Positions 7,487 through 16,923 of a stretch of DNA of 64,000 nucleotides are shown piece by piece. Each line of letters starts with the position of its first letter. The stretch's first letter is position 1. A program made the position numbers and the translations under genes. Source of the stretch: an uncultured virus (IMG/VR IMGVR_UViG_3300018050_001510) (Duplodnaviria > Heunggongvirae > Uroviricota > Caudoviricetes); IMG/VR virus record IMGVR_UViG_3300018050_001510. One strand, written 5' to 3'. A model generated the notes under the pieces. That model worked only from the letters and a program-made list of their open reading frames with translations. It did no database searches and was not told the DNA's origin.

Positions 7487-8995
7487 ATGTTTGATACAAA
7501 ATCATTAAGTCATAAAGATTGGATTTATTCCGGAAATGCTAGTTTAGAAATTGAAGAAGTTGTTATTGCAACACTTGTAAATTTTCCAAACAATATATAC
7601 ATTCACGGTAATGAACTTAATCTTTTTCTTTTCAGCTTTGCACACACAAAATACATATACGAGAAAATCGTATCTACTGCCAAAGAAGGTAAAGTTGATT
7701 TAATAATCATTGCCGATAAAACAAAATCTGTTGCTTTTAATTACAATGGAAAAACACAACCTTGCGATGATATACTTCATGATATTTGTGACCGTGTCAA
7801 TTCAGACGTACACTTACTGGAACATGTAAAAATACTTGGTATTTATGCTCGTAGAAGACAATTATATGAACTATCTGAATACATTAATAAAGAAGTTCTA
7901 TTTACTGATGCTTCACCTGATGAGGTAATAAAACAAGTTAATATCAAATTGTCAAACATAAATTCTTTAACAAATGATATTGAATTTAATGTTACTCAAT
8001 CATTGATAGATGTAATGGAAAGTATAGCTTCCCAAGATGATAAAGATGTAATGTTTTCATATAACTATGAGCTTGATAAATTCATTTATGGTTTTGAACC
8101 AGGTAATCTTATTATTCTTGCTGCAGCACCATCAATGGGTAAAACAGCTTTTGCACTTCATCTTTTTGCTAATCAAATTAAATTTAATAAACCTACTGCA
8201 TTCTTTTCATTAGAAATGAGTCAAAAAGAATTGCTTTTAAGATTAATTGCTTCTGAATCGGATGTTTACCTCAGCTCTATTCGTAGAAAAACAACAAGCG
8301 ATAAAGATTTTGAACGAATGAATAATTTTGTAAGTAAAATTTCAAGTAAAACATGGTATATAGATGATAATGCACTTGAAATAAATAAAATTATTAATAA
8401 GATTCGTAAGTTACATTACCAAAAAGGTATTAAAATGTTCTTTGTTGATTATCTACAATTATGTTCAGTCAGTCTTGGTAAAGGTGCGCTTCGTGAACAA
8501 GAAATTGCTTACATATCACGTTCATTAAAACTTATAGCAAAAGAACTTGGTGTAGTAATTATTGCTCTTTCACAAATTAATAGATCAGTTAATCAACGAC
8601 CAAATAAAAGACCTACACTTTCAGACCTTCGTGAATCAGGTGCAATTGAACAAGATGCAGATATGGTAATTTTTCTTTATCGTGAAGAATATTATAATAT
8701 CGATAGACAATTACCATACATGGAAGATATTGAATTAATCATTGGTAAAGGTAGAGCCACTGGTGTAGGCACTGTAAAAACACACTTTATAGCCTCTTTA
8801 ACGAAGTTTCCAACATCGGATGAAGCTTATAAAGTACGTCAAATAGAAAGTCCAGATAAACAAACAGAAAGTAAATATCAATTAGCACAATCTATTTACG
8901 ATGAAACAACTAAAACAGAAACGGAAATATTATCCGCAAAACAAAGCGAAACATATTATTCCGACCCAACCCAAGGACATATTGACAATTTCTAA
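7487..8995 (+). CDS. dnaB: replicative DNA helicase DnaB
   Basis: Walker A AAPSMGKT, FSLEMS, VDYLQL, ALSQINR, SDLRESGAIEQDAD. Confidence 0.96.
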   Translation: MFDTKSLSHKDWIYSGNASLEIEEVVIATLVNFPNNIYIHGNELNLFLFSFAHTKYIYEKIVSTAKEGKVDLIIIADKTKSVAFNYNGKTQPCDDILHDICDRVNSDVHLLEHVKILGIYARRRQLYELSEYINKEVLFTDASPDEVIKQVNIKLSNINSLTNDIEFNVTQSLIDVMESIASQDDKDVMFSYNYELDKFIYGFEPGNLIILAAAPSMGKTAFALHLFANQIKFNKPTAFFSLEMSQKELLLRLIASESDVYLSSIRRKTTSDKDFERMNNFVSKISSKTWYIDDNALEINKIINKIRKLHYQKGIKMFFVDYLQLCSVSLGKGALREQEIAYISRSLKLIAKELGVVIIALSQINRSVNQRPNKRPTLSDLRESGAIEQDADMVIFLYREEYYNIDRQLPYMEDIELIIGKGRATGVGTVKTHFIASLTKFPTSDEAYKVRQIESPDKQTESKYQLAQSIYDETTKTETEILSAKQSETYYSDPTQGHIDNF

Positions 8996-9230
8996 ATTTG
9001 ACAAAATATCTGAAAATAAAATAAAAACTGCTATTAGAGCATTTGATACAGCTATTCAAAAAATATTACTTAATGCTGATGAAGTTCATGTAAAAGGATT
9101 ATTTTCTTTAACGCTTACTCCTGGAGCAAAAAAACGAGTAATGAATAGAGGTAAAGCTTTTTTATTATCTAGAAAATCATTTAGTAAAAAACAATTAAGA
9201 ATAAAATTTAAAAAACACCGTAATAAATAA
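8901..9230 (+). CDS. basic HU/IHF-like DNA-binding protein
   Basis: helical N-part then EVHVKGLFSLTL, resembling the HU V.I.GFG.F region; very basic. Confidence 0.45.
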   Translation: MKQLKQKRKYYPQNKAKHIIPTQPKDILTISKFDKISENKIKTAIRAFDTAIQKILLNADEVHVKGLFSLTLTPGAKKRVMNRGKAFLLSRKSFSKKQLRIKFKKHRNK

Positions 9231-9237
9231 AATTATT

Positions 9238-9507
9238 TTGTATATTCGCAAAGAGATGAGAGAAGAAAGTCATTCCCCTTGTGTAACTAAAATTTATAAG
9301 TTTTATCCATTTGAGAAAAATAATTATCTCATTGCAGTTAAAAACCATTATAATGTTATTGCACAAAAAGACACATTTATAACATTTGCACGTTCATTTC
9401 ACATGATTGATTGTGTAGATCAAAAAACAGTTCCTATTAGCAAATCGCTATATCGTGATAATCCACATTTAGCATTTGGCGGAGGAATATTCTATTGTAA
9501 AAATTAA
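9238..9507 (+). CDS. hypothetical protein
   Basis: ORF track, co-directional. Confidence 0.6.
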   Translation: MYIRKEMREESHSPCVTKIYKFYPFEKNNYLIAVKNHYNVIAQKDTFITFARSFHMIDCVDQKTVPISKSLYRDNPHLAFGGGIFYCKN

Positions 9508-9518
9508 AAAAAGTATAA

Positions 9519-10271
9519 ATGAGCAAAAAACCAAACATTTTTATTGTCGGACCATCAGGTTCAGGAAAATCCACTTGTTTAAGAAACATGGATCCTAAAT
9601 CAACAATTATTTTAAACACAGAAAACAAAGAATTACCTTTTCCAAATAAGGTAAAAAGAACAAGACCAAAAAAAGATAATCCTACTGAAATGGAAACAGT
9701 AATTGGAAATCGTATTCCTACTATTTTTTATGATACTAATGATATAAAAATTCTTGAAAGATTTTGGAGTGACTTTGAAACAGTATTAAAACATCCTCAA
9801 TATAAAACAATCATTATTGATTCCTTTACAGGATTAACTGAAATTATTTTTCGTGTAATGGGTAAAATTTACTCAGGATTTGACCTTTGGGGAAAATACA
9901 ATGAAGAAATTGATAAAATTCTAAACAGAAGTAAAACTTCAGATAAATATGTTGTATTTACAGGAGTAGATATGACTATTGATGGAGCAAATGGAGTTGA
10001 AGAACGTGCTATTGCAGTTCAAGGAAACAAGTGGAAAAAGCTTGTTGAAAAAGAATTTGTTATTATTCTTTACACTAAGGTAACTGACACTGCTGATTCT
10101 GTTGATTACAATTTCCTTACAAACAAAAGACAAGGCTATCCAGCAAAATCACCAATGGATATGCTTGAATTACTTATTCCAAATGACTTAAATGAAGTTA
10201 TTAATTCTGCAGACGCATACTACGATGCTACATTAATTGATGTAACAACTCCTGAACCAACAAATGTTTAA
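9519..10271 (+). CDS. AAA_24/Sak4-like ATPase (recombination)
   Basis: GPSGSGKST, IIIDS, AKSPMDML...IPNDL. Confidence 0.85.
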   Translation: MSKKPNIFIVGPSGSGKSTCLRNMDPKSTIILNTENKELPFPNKVKRTRPKKDNPTEMETVIGNRIPTIFYDTNDIKILERFWSDFETVLKHPQYKTIIIDSFTGLTEIIFRVMGKIYSGFDLWGKYNEEIDKILNRSKTSDKYVVFTGVDMTIDGANGVEERAIAVQGNKWKKLVEKEFVIILYTKVTDTADSVDYNFLTNKRQGYPAKSPMDMLELLIPNDLNEVINSADAYYDATLIDVTTPEPTNV

Positions 10272-10291
10272 CTAAAAGCCCAATAAAAATT

Positions 10292-10957
10292 ATGAGCAAT
10301 TTTAATGACGAATTCAAGCAGATACAATCTGCAACAGTAAACAAGTATATTACTGAACCTGGACCATGTATTGTAACTATTAAAGAAGTACAAACATCCG
10401 AATCAAAAGAAGGATATATTGGAAAGCCATTCTTTAATTTTCTTATTATAAATGAAAGAGGTGAATCACACAATTTAACATTCTACAGAACAACAAAAAC
10501 TGATAGTGATGCAGCAATGAAATTTAAACTTTCAAGAATGAAAGAATTTTTTGAAAATTGTGGTATTAATATGGATGGTAAATTATCCGGACCTCAAATT
10601 CTTGAATCACTAAAAGGAAAAAAAGTACAAATCTTTTTCCGTAAAGCAGAAAAAGTAATGTATGACAAACAAAACAACAAGAAACCGTATGTTGGTGAAA
10701 TCCTTGAATACAATTTTTCTAAAAAGATTGGTGAAAAAATGGAAGGAAATGTTTCTTATATGCATCGTAAAATTGATGATAAAGAATTGACAAGATTCAA
10801 TCATGAACTTTCTGAATGGACACGTACATTTGGTGGAGGAACAACTACATCAGTAGCACAAACACATGTTATTTCAAAAGAAATTCCAATGGTTGATCAA
10901 GAAACAGTATTTCAACAAAGCCTTGAAGACCTCGGTGGAGATGGACTAGGAGAATAA
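10292..10957 (+). CDS. DUF669-like single-stranded DNA-binding protein
   Basis: follows the Sak4-like ATPase; YITEPG..VTIKEV N-terminus and acidic C-terminal tail. Confidence 0.55.
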   Translation: MSNFNDEFKQIQSATVNKYITEPGPCIVTIKEVQTSESKEGYIGKPFFNFLIINERGESHNLTFYRTTKTDSDAAMKFKLSRMKEFFENCGINMDGKLSGPQILESLKGKKVQIFFRKAEKVMYDKQNNKKPYVGEILEYNFSKKIGEKMEGNVSYMHRKIDDKELTRFNHELSEWTRTFGGGTTTSVAQTHVISKEIPMVDQETVFQQSLEDLGGDGLGE

Positions 10958-10965
10958 AAAAGTTG

Positions 10966-11014
10966 AATAGTAGTTCGTGGTAGAGCACCTACTTTAAAAA
11001 TAGCGATACCACCA
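10966..11014 (+). pseudogene. degenerate tRNA fragment (D-arm and partial anticodon arm, no T-arm)
   Basis: TA-GTTC-GTGGTA-GAGC-A followed by CTA..TTTAAAA..TAG, ending ACCA. Confidence 0.35.
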
Positions 11015-11093
11015 TGCGAGATAGTTTAATGGTAGAATAGAAGATATGGTGCGCCAGAATTCTAAGGCAGTGGTTCGATTCCACTTCTCGCAA
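11015..11093 (+). tRNA. tRNA-like RNA with non-canonical anticodon arm (isotype unassignable)
   Basis: 7-bp acceptor TGCGAGA/TCTCGCA, D-arm GTTT-AATGGTA-GAAT, T-arm AGTGG-TTCGATT-CCACT; enlarged central arm. Confidence 0.75.
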
Positions 11094-11107
11094 CTAAAAT
11101 CTAAACA

Positions 11108-11563
11108 ATGGAAAAAGTAAAAGAAACAATGCCGGAAAGACTCTACATCAATGCAGGTCTTACTCCAGAGCAAAAAGCAATGGCTATCGTAGAAAATGCT
11201 TTAGATAAAAATGAAGCCTCAGTTCGTGTAAATCATGATCAAGATGAAATTATAGAACTTAAAAATGAAGCTGTAGAAATAACTACTGAAATAAAATCTC
11301 TTGAAGATGAACTTGCTCTTGTAAGTAAAGATTATAAAGACAAAATTAAAAAACTTAAAGAACAACAATCAAGTGTTTTGATTTCTATTCGTGATGGATT
11401 TTCTTATGAAAGAATGATGCTTTATAAACTTGCTAAAGGAAATCTTATTGGATATTATGATAGTGAAGGAAATCTTCGTGAATGGCGTGAAAAAGAAAAA
11501 CAAGAACGTCAAACAAGAATTGAAAGTGAAGCTATTTTTGAAGATATGACAATGCATGAGTAA
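11108..11563 (+). CDS. coiled-coil hypothetical protein
   Basis: ORF track; heptad-rich central region. Confidence 0.75.
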   Translation: MEKVKETMPERLYINAGLTPEQKAMAIVENALDKNEASVRVNHDQDEIIELKNEAVEITTEIKSLEDELALVSKDYKDKIKKLKEQQSSVLISIRDGFSYERMMLYKLAKGNLIGYYDSEGNLREWREKEKQERQTRIESEAIFEDMTMHE

Positions 11564-12005
11564 TATTGACCTTGAATTTTATGCAGAAGTAAAGGAGGGT
11601 AAAATCATTTACCCTTCTTACGTACTTCCATGGTTAGACAAAAAAGAAGTTGTTCATGCTGTACTAAAAAGTGTAAAGAACAAAGTATCTTCAAAACAAA
11701 TTGCATTGTATTTCGGTTGGGATATCCCTCATATTATTACTTGGCTGAAAGAAACTCAAGGTGAAAATCAAACAAAAGAAACTGTTCATCTTTACCATAT
11801 TCAGCATGTAATGAGAACAAAGTTTACTACTAAAACATTTAATGGAAAAACCATTATCATATTTGAGGATGCTGGCATTTCAAAAATGAGTACAGTTGAA
11901 TTCGGAATGTTTAGAGAAACTTATATTAGATATTGGGCCCTTAAAGGCTGTGAAATTCCAGATCCACCAGAAAAATTAAAAGACCATGAAATCTTTAAAG
12001 GATGA
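11556..12005 (+). CDS. NinB-like recombination accessory protein
   Basis: SxKQIALYFG...SKMSTxEFxxFxE...WA..GxEIPDP pattern. Confidence 0.65.
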   Translation: MSNIDLEFYAEVKEGKIIYPSYVLPWLDKKEVVHAVLKSVKNKVSSKQIALYFGWDIPHIITWLKETQGENQTKETVHLYHIQHVMRTKFTTKTFNGKTIIIFEDAGISKMSTVEFGMFRETYIRYWALKGCEIPDPPEKLKDHEIFKG

Positions 12006-12192
12006 AGATATTGATTTGGCTTTTAGCCAAGCAAAAAAAAGAATCGACAAGCATATTGAAGAAATTGTTGAAGCTAAAAAGTTTGAACTTGATTGTTCAA
12101 GTTTTCATCGTAATAATAAAGATGAAAGTTATCGCTTTGCGGAATTAAAATTTCAAGATGAGCGTAAAAAGTATTTTAATGACAAGAGATAA
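11986..12192 (+). CDS. hypothetical protein
   Basis: ORF track, overlapping neighbours. Confidence 0.6.
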   Translation: MKSLKDEDIDLAFSQAKKRIDKHIEEIVEAKKFELDCSSFHRNNKDESYRFAELKFQDERKKYFNDKR

Positions 12193-12757
12193 ATTTCAAT
12201 CAGATGATGAATATTATATTTGGCACTGGCTTGTGATTATGGAGCGCCATGGTTGGTTGTGGAAAGTAATCTACGAGCCAGAGCCATTTATTTTGTTTGA
12301 AGGACAGAAACTATCATCTATTATAAAAACACGCAGAGGAAAAGACAAAACAATAACCAAAACATTATTAAGAGAAACATCTTATACTCCTGATTTTTAT
12401 TTTGAACTTAATTCTAAACTTCATAATGTTTTATACGCTACTGAAGATAGTTTTGCTTTAAATGAAAAGCTTCCAATAATTGCCTGTACAGAAAATGGAT
12501 ATTGTTTTTTTGAAGTAAAACCATCATTTGATTTTAAAAATATGACAAGGCTTGTCGTTGATAGAATTAAATGGCTTTATAGTAGATATAAAATTTATGT
12601 AAATATTATTAAATGCGAAGATTTATTTAAAGTAACATTTGCACCACCAGAATATTATTTAACACCATCAGGTAAAGAAAAAAAAGGAAAACATAATCCA
12701 AATAATTACAAAACGTATCAACAATGGAGCAACTTAATACAACCATTACTAAAGTAA
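12158..12757 (+). CDS. PD-(D/E)XK endonuclease
   Basis: FQSDDE...YTPDF...FFEVKP. Confidence 0.8.
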   Translation: MSVKSILMTRDKFQSDDEYYIWHWLVIMERHGWLWKVIYEPEPFILFEGQKLSSIIKTRRGKDKTITKTLLRETSYTPDFYFELNSKLHNVLYATEDSFALNEKLPIIACTENGYCFFEVKPSFDFKNMTRLVVDRIKWLYSRYKIYVNIIKCEDLFKVTFAPPEYYLTPSGKEKKGKHNPNNYKTYQQWSNLIQPLLK

Positions 12758-13209
12758 TTTGTAAAGATTTTGAAAAACGTGGTATTAATAAAGAACATTA
12801 TGATTTCAAAAATGTACAATATTTAGGTGATGATTTTGAACAGAAAGGAAAACTTTCTTTTAATTGTGAATCATGGAGAATTAAAAAGTTTATGGTACTA
12901 TCAATGTTCCATAATAGTTCTCCAAAAAAAGAAACAATAAAAAAAGAAATTTTAAATCCACAATTAATAAATGAAGAAATAAAAAAAGCAGTTATTGAAC
13001 GATTAGGATTTTTACCAAAAACTTTAAAAGTCGGAATACTCGAAGAAACAAAAAAAGAAAATTATGCTTTTAGTATAACTAGATTTATTCGTGCTTTACA
13101 AAATACAGATATTGAATTTATTTATGAATCTAAAGCATATATTGAAAAAAAAGCTACAGAAGAACATCACAAACCATTAATGTTTAACCCAAAAAGAAAA
13201 AGAAAATGA
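12724..13209 (+). CDS. hypothetical protein
   Basis: ORF track. Confidence 0.65.
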   Translation: MEQLNTTITKVICKDFEKRGINKEHYDFKNVQYLGDDFEQKGKLSFNCESWRIKKFMVLSMFHNSSPKKETIKKEILNPQLINEEIKKAVIERLGFLPKTLKVGILEETKKENYAFSITRFIRALQNTDIEFIYESKAYIEKKATEEHHKPLMFNPKRKRK

Positions 13210-14126
13210 GTATATCTGCACTAGGAGAATTTGATGATAACGATGAGGTTCCTGAATTTAATACTGAAAAAGAAATTTCAGAAACAGGATTAAAATTCAT
13301 TGAAGAATTAAAAAAAAATGAAAAGAAATCTTTTGTAAAAATGATTAATCAAACTGATGATTGGTATTTTTCAGATAAAGATTACATCACCAATTCTCAT
13401 CTTAAAATTGTTAAAGAAGGTGGAATTGAAAGATACATTGCTTTTAAAAAAGGATTACTTCCACAAAGAAAATCTCCAGCACTTGATTTTGGTTCAGCCT
13501 TACATTGTTTAATTCTTGAACCTGAAAGATTCGAGAAACAATTTTATGTAATGGATGATACTGATATATGTAATAAGATTGGTGGAGCAATGCCAAGAGG
13601 AACAAAAGCATATAAAGAATGGAAAGCTGAAGAATTAGTAAAACTTGGATCACGACAATTACTTACACAGGAATCATTAACTATTGCCCTTGCAATGGCT
13701 GAAAAAGTGCATAGTATTCCTGAATGTGTAGATATGATTCGTGATTGCTTATATGAGAAAATATTTACTTCTGAATGGAATGGAGTAAAAACAAAAGGTA
13801 AAATTGATATGAAACATATCGGTCATGAGTTCTTTGCTGATATTAAAACAACACGTTTCCCGGCTATCAAAGAAAATTTTGAATGGGAATTCCGTAAAAA
13901 TGGATATGCTCGTCAAATGGGATTTTATGCAAACCTTCTTGGTATTAAATCTGCATGGATAATCGCTATTGAAAAAACATATCCTTACTCAGTAGGATTA
14001 TTTGAAATCTCTGAACAAACACTTGCACTTGGATATCAAGAAGCAGAAAAGGAACTTATGAAAATAAAAAATCTTCATGATGATCCTGAACTTGCATTAC
14101 GTAAATTAACATTTGGAACATTATAA
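13206..14126 (+). CDS. RecE/exonuclease VIII-like PD-(D/E)XK exonuclease (DUF3799-like)
   Basis: FGSALHCLILEP, KGKID, ADIKTT, YARQMGFY, IAIEK. Confidence 0.88.
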   Translation: MSISALGEFDDNDEVPEFNTEKEISETGLKFIEELKKNEKKSFVKMINQTDDWYFSDKDYITNSHLKIVKEGGIERYIAFKKGLLPQRKSPALDFGSALHCLILEPERFEKQFYVMDDTDICNKIGGAMPRGTKAYKEWKAEELVKLGSRQLLTQESLTIALAMAEKVHSIPECVDMIRDCLYEKIFTSEWNGVKTKGKIDMKHIGHEFFADIKTTRFPAIKENFEWEFRKNGYARQMGFYANLLGIKSAWIIAIEKTYPYSVGLFEISEQTLALGYQEAEKELMKIKNLHDDPELALRKLTFGTL

Positions 14127-14129
14127 TTA

Positions 14130-14172
14130 ATGGATAAACTTCGGGATTATCAAGAAGAATCAGTTGAGAAAT
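14130..14172 (+). pseudogene. N-terminal remnant of an SF2 helicase (Q-motif MDKLRDYQEESVEK)
   Basis: ATG 3 nt after the exonuclease stop; the frame then runs into the terminator and stops at 14246. Confidence 0.55.
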
Positions 14173-14182
14173 CAAAAATAAA

Positions 14183-14215
14183 AAAGGGTACCTTAATTGG
14201 TGCCCTTTGTTTTTT
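14183..14215. terminator. bidirectional terminator at the convergence of early and late arms
   Basis: AAAGGGTACC-TTAATT-GGTGCCCTTT flanked by A-run and T-run. Confidence 0.75.
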
Positions 14216-14540
14216 CGTATCGGTCTTTATTTTCTTTACTATATGAATCAATTAATCTTTTTATTAAATCAATTTGATCTAAATCTAATCCGGAAAGATT
14301 AATTTGATTTTCTTTTAGTTTATATTGAAATTCAGTTGGTGACATTTTTACTCTAATCATTTTTTCAGAACCCTTTAAATAAAGAGCTGTAATCATTATG
14401 GCTTTTTTATCATCTTTAGATTCTGAATATCCACGATAATAAGCAACACTTGATTTATTTAAAAAATAATCAATAGTGAAATTATTATCATCAGGCTTTG
14501 GCAATACTGGAACAATGATTTCTTCATATCCTGATTCCAT
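14193..14540 (-). CDS. hypothetical protein
   Basis: ORF track; last gene of the late arm. Confidence 0.7.
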   Translation of the reverse strand: MESGYEEIIVPVLPKPDDNNFTIDYFLNKSSVAYYRGYSESKDDKKAIMITALYLKGSEKMIRVKMSPTEFQYKLKENQINLSGLDLDQIDLIKRLIDSYSKENKDRYEKTKGTN

Positions 14541-15076
14541 TATTTATCGTTTAAAAGTTTTGTTTTATCTCTCGAACCTTTCGAAGAACCATAATAATAT
14601 CCAAACATAGTAAGAGCAACACCTTCAACCATACCTACAATTTGATGAAGAACAGGATTTTTTTCAAAAACTTCAGGTTTATAAACAGCAGTAATTACAA
14701 TAAAAATAAAAGCAAGTAATGCTGTAATGCCAGTAGCTATCATCATCCAATCTATTTTATTTGCCTTTATATATTCACGTTCACGGTCACGAGCATTTGA
14801 CCTATCGGATGCATCAATTTTATACATTTCTAACTCATGATTTAAAAGATCTAAAGCTTCAGCTTTATCTTTTGGAGAAAGAGTATCATCTTTAGAGATA
14901 ATATTTTTAATGATTCCTAATCCACCATTATCAGGAAGGAAATCTCCTATTTTATCTAATAAATTAGGAGCTTTTTCTTTAAGGAAAATTCCAATTTTAG
15001 TTTCTTTGAATGACTTTTTAGGGTCATTTTCTTTTTTGTTTAATAATCCCATTTTCTTTTTCTTTAATAAATTCAA
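14540..15076 (-). CDS. holin-like membrane protein (start likely ATG 15052)
   Basis: DRSNARDRE, two TM helices, FGYYYGSSKGSRDKT ending typical of phage holins. Confidence 0.7.
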   Translation of the reverse strand: MNLLKKKKMGLLNKKENDPKKSFKETKIGIFLKEKAPNLLDKIGDFLPDNGGLGIIKNIISKDDTLSPKDKAEALDLLNHELEMYKIDASDRSNARDREREYIKANKIDWMMIATGITALLAFIFIVITAVYKPEVFEKNPVLHQIVGMVEGVALTMFGYYYGSSKGSRDKTKLLNDK

Positions 15077-15102
15077 AAATACTATTTTTTTTAATTAAAA
15101 AA

Positions 15103-15231
15103 TTAAACTCTTTGTTCGTAATTAACTTTTTCCATTAAATGAATAAGTTTTTTACTTTCATCTCTTAATATTTTAAGTAAATTTTGTTTAACCGAGCGAA
15201 TTGGTTTATGTTTTTTTACGATGATGCTCAT
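15103..15231 (-). CDS. 42-aa hypothetical protein (MSIIVKKHKPIRSVK...), not in ORF track
   Basis: manual translation; fills the gap between flanking - strand genes. Confidence 0.45.
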   Translation of the reverse strand: MSIIVKKHKPIRSVKQNLLKILRDESKKLIHLMEKVNYEQRV

Positions 15232-15490
15232 ATTCAGTCAATTTATTATGTTGAGTTAATGCTGTAGCAACTTCATTAAGTGTTTCAATCGTTTCTTTTT
15301 GCTCTATCATTCTTTCTTCGGCAAATTCTTTTTCACGATTTATAATATAATCTTGTAAACGTAAAATATCTTTGTCAAGTTTTTCATTTTTTCGATATTG
15401 AATGTAAATTATTAATCCCATCAATGCAACAAGAGCACACTGTTCAATTAATTTTTGTATAAAAGGTTCCATATCCTTGTATTTTGACAA
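15206..15490 (-). CDS. BhlA-like single-TM plus coiled-coil lysis protein
   Basis: one TM helix then coiled coil, adjacent to the holin-like gene. Confidence 0.5.
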   Translation of the reverse strand: MSKYKDMEPFIQKLIEQCALVALMGLIIYIQYRKNEKLDKDILRLQDYIINREKEFAEERMIEQKETIETLNEVATALTQHNKLTEYEHHRKKT

Positions 15491-15528
15491 AAATATAAAA
15501 TTATTTCAATTTATCTCTCAATTTATTT

Positions 15529-16668
15529 TTATGAAATGAAGGTAAATGAACTTTCACTTGCAGTTACGTCTGTCGGTAACAATGACCAATTAAGTGTGTT
15601 AGAGAATGCACCTCTATAAGAGTATACCGTTCTACCAAGTGATGAGTTAATATCAGTTGCATTAACAAAACCTAAATCAATGATTGCTCCTGGCTGAACC
15701 GTTAGTATAGCTTGAACCCCTGGAGTTGTTGATCTGAATGTTACTCTTGAAGCACTTGTTGCAGTAGTACAAGTAAACGATGTATTTATTGTATATGTTA
15801 CTGTTGATACTAATTGATGAGTTAACCCAGTACCAGATGCAATTAAAGTATCTACTGAAAAACCAGCAGTTCCCGCAAAAATAGTTGAAATTGATAATGT
15901 CATTGTTCCATTTACACTAAATAAACTATTTAATGTTTGTGTTCCCGCTGTTATTGTTATATTATTCCATGACATCCCAGTTGTATTAAATGTTGTTGAT
16001 GCTGCAATATTTAAAGTAGAGCCAGTTGTTATAACTGTTCCAGCAGTATAAGTAAAAATACCAGTATTATAATTAATACTACCCCCACTTATTGTAAGTG
16101 TACCCGCAGTATTAATTGTAGTGTTATTTCTTATTGCTCCTCCTCCACTATTACTCCATGTTCCTGTTCCACCAAATACAATTGCAGTTGTTCCTAAATA
16201 TATACCACTTGATGTTTGTGATAATCCACTATTTATATTAAGTGTATTATTTGTAAGAGTAGTGGTTCCACTTCCTTGAAATGTTATTAAACCAGTTGAC
16301 GTCCAATTACCAACGAATGTATAGGTTGGACTTGCACCTCCAAATATTAATGTTCTTGACCAAGTAACACCTCCCGATGTTATAGTTGCAGTACCATTTA
16401 AAACAATACCACTTGTTCCCAATTGCGTATATCCACCTGTACCAAGATTAAAAAAGCCATTTGTTGTAATATTTCCATTAAAAGTAATTGTACCTACATA
16501 ATTTGTAAAATTTACTCCTACTAATGCTGGAGACGCAACATTTACATTAAGATTTCCTGATGTAGCAGTAAAGGCAATACTATCTCCAGCAATAGGTATA
16601 ACACCGCCTACCCAAGTACCTACAGCATTCCAGTTACCTCCCGTATTAGATACAGTTTTTATTGCCAT
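15529..16668 (-). CDS. Gly/Thr/Asn-rich beta-solenoid tail-associated/adhesin protein
   Basis: GGNWNxxxTWxGGxxP start and repetitive GT/TI pattern. Confidence 0.7.
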   Translation of the reverse strand: MAIKTVSNTGGNWNAVGTWVGGVIPIAGDSIAFTATSGNLNVNVASPALVGVNFTNYVGTITFNGNITTNGFFNLGTGGYTQLGTSGIVLNGTATITSGGVTWSRTLIFGGASPTYTFVGNWTSTGLITFQGSGTTTLTNNTLNINSGLSQTSSGIYLGTTAIVFGGTGTWSNSGGGAIRNNTTINTAGTLTISGGSINYNTGIFTYTAGTVITTGSTLNIAASTTFNTTGMSWNNITITAGTQTLNSLFSVNGTMTLSISTIFAGTAGFSVDTLIASGTGLTHQLVSTVTYTINTSFTCTTATSASRVTFRSTTPGVQAILTVQPGAIIDLGFVNATDINSSLGRTVYSYRGAFSNTLNWSLLPTDVTASESSFTFIS

Positions 16669-16922
16669 TATTTAACTTCTAATTTTTTTCTTTCACTTAC
16701 TTCTCTGTTACTAATTCCAATAGTAATATCTTCATTAGATTGAGGATTGAAGTGAGGAATATCTACAATGACAATATCATCGTTAATGTAAAATTCAACA
16801 GTTGTAGTAACTATTTTATTTATTATCGTAATACCCTCGTCAGGTATTTCATTTCCTAACTCATCATACTTTGGAAAGTATTGGTCAGTAAACTCCTCTT
16901 TTGTGTCAATTATTGTATACAT
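16668..16922 (-). CDS. small tail-fibre-associated protein
   Basis: between two fibre-like genes with 0-1 nt spacing. Confidence 0.6.
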   Translation of the reverse strand: MYTIIDTKEEFTDQYFPKYDELGNEIPDEGITIINKIVTTTVEFYINDDIVIVDIPHFNPQSNEDITIGISNREVSERKKLEVK

Positions 16923-16923
16923 A

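Noticed and set aside
11015..11093. tRNA as a prophage attachment site
   Set aside because: No integrase, no duplicated tRNA 3' end and no host genes in the window
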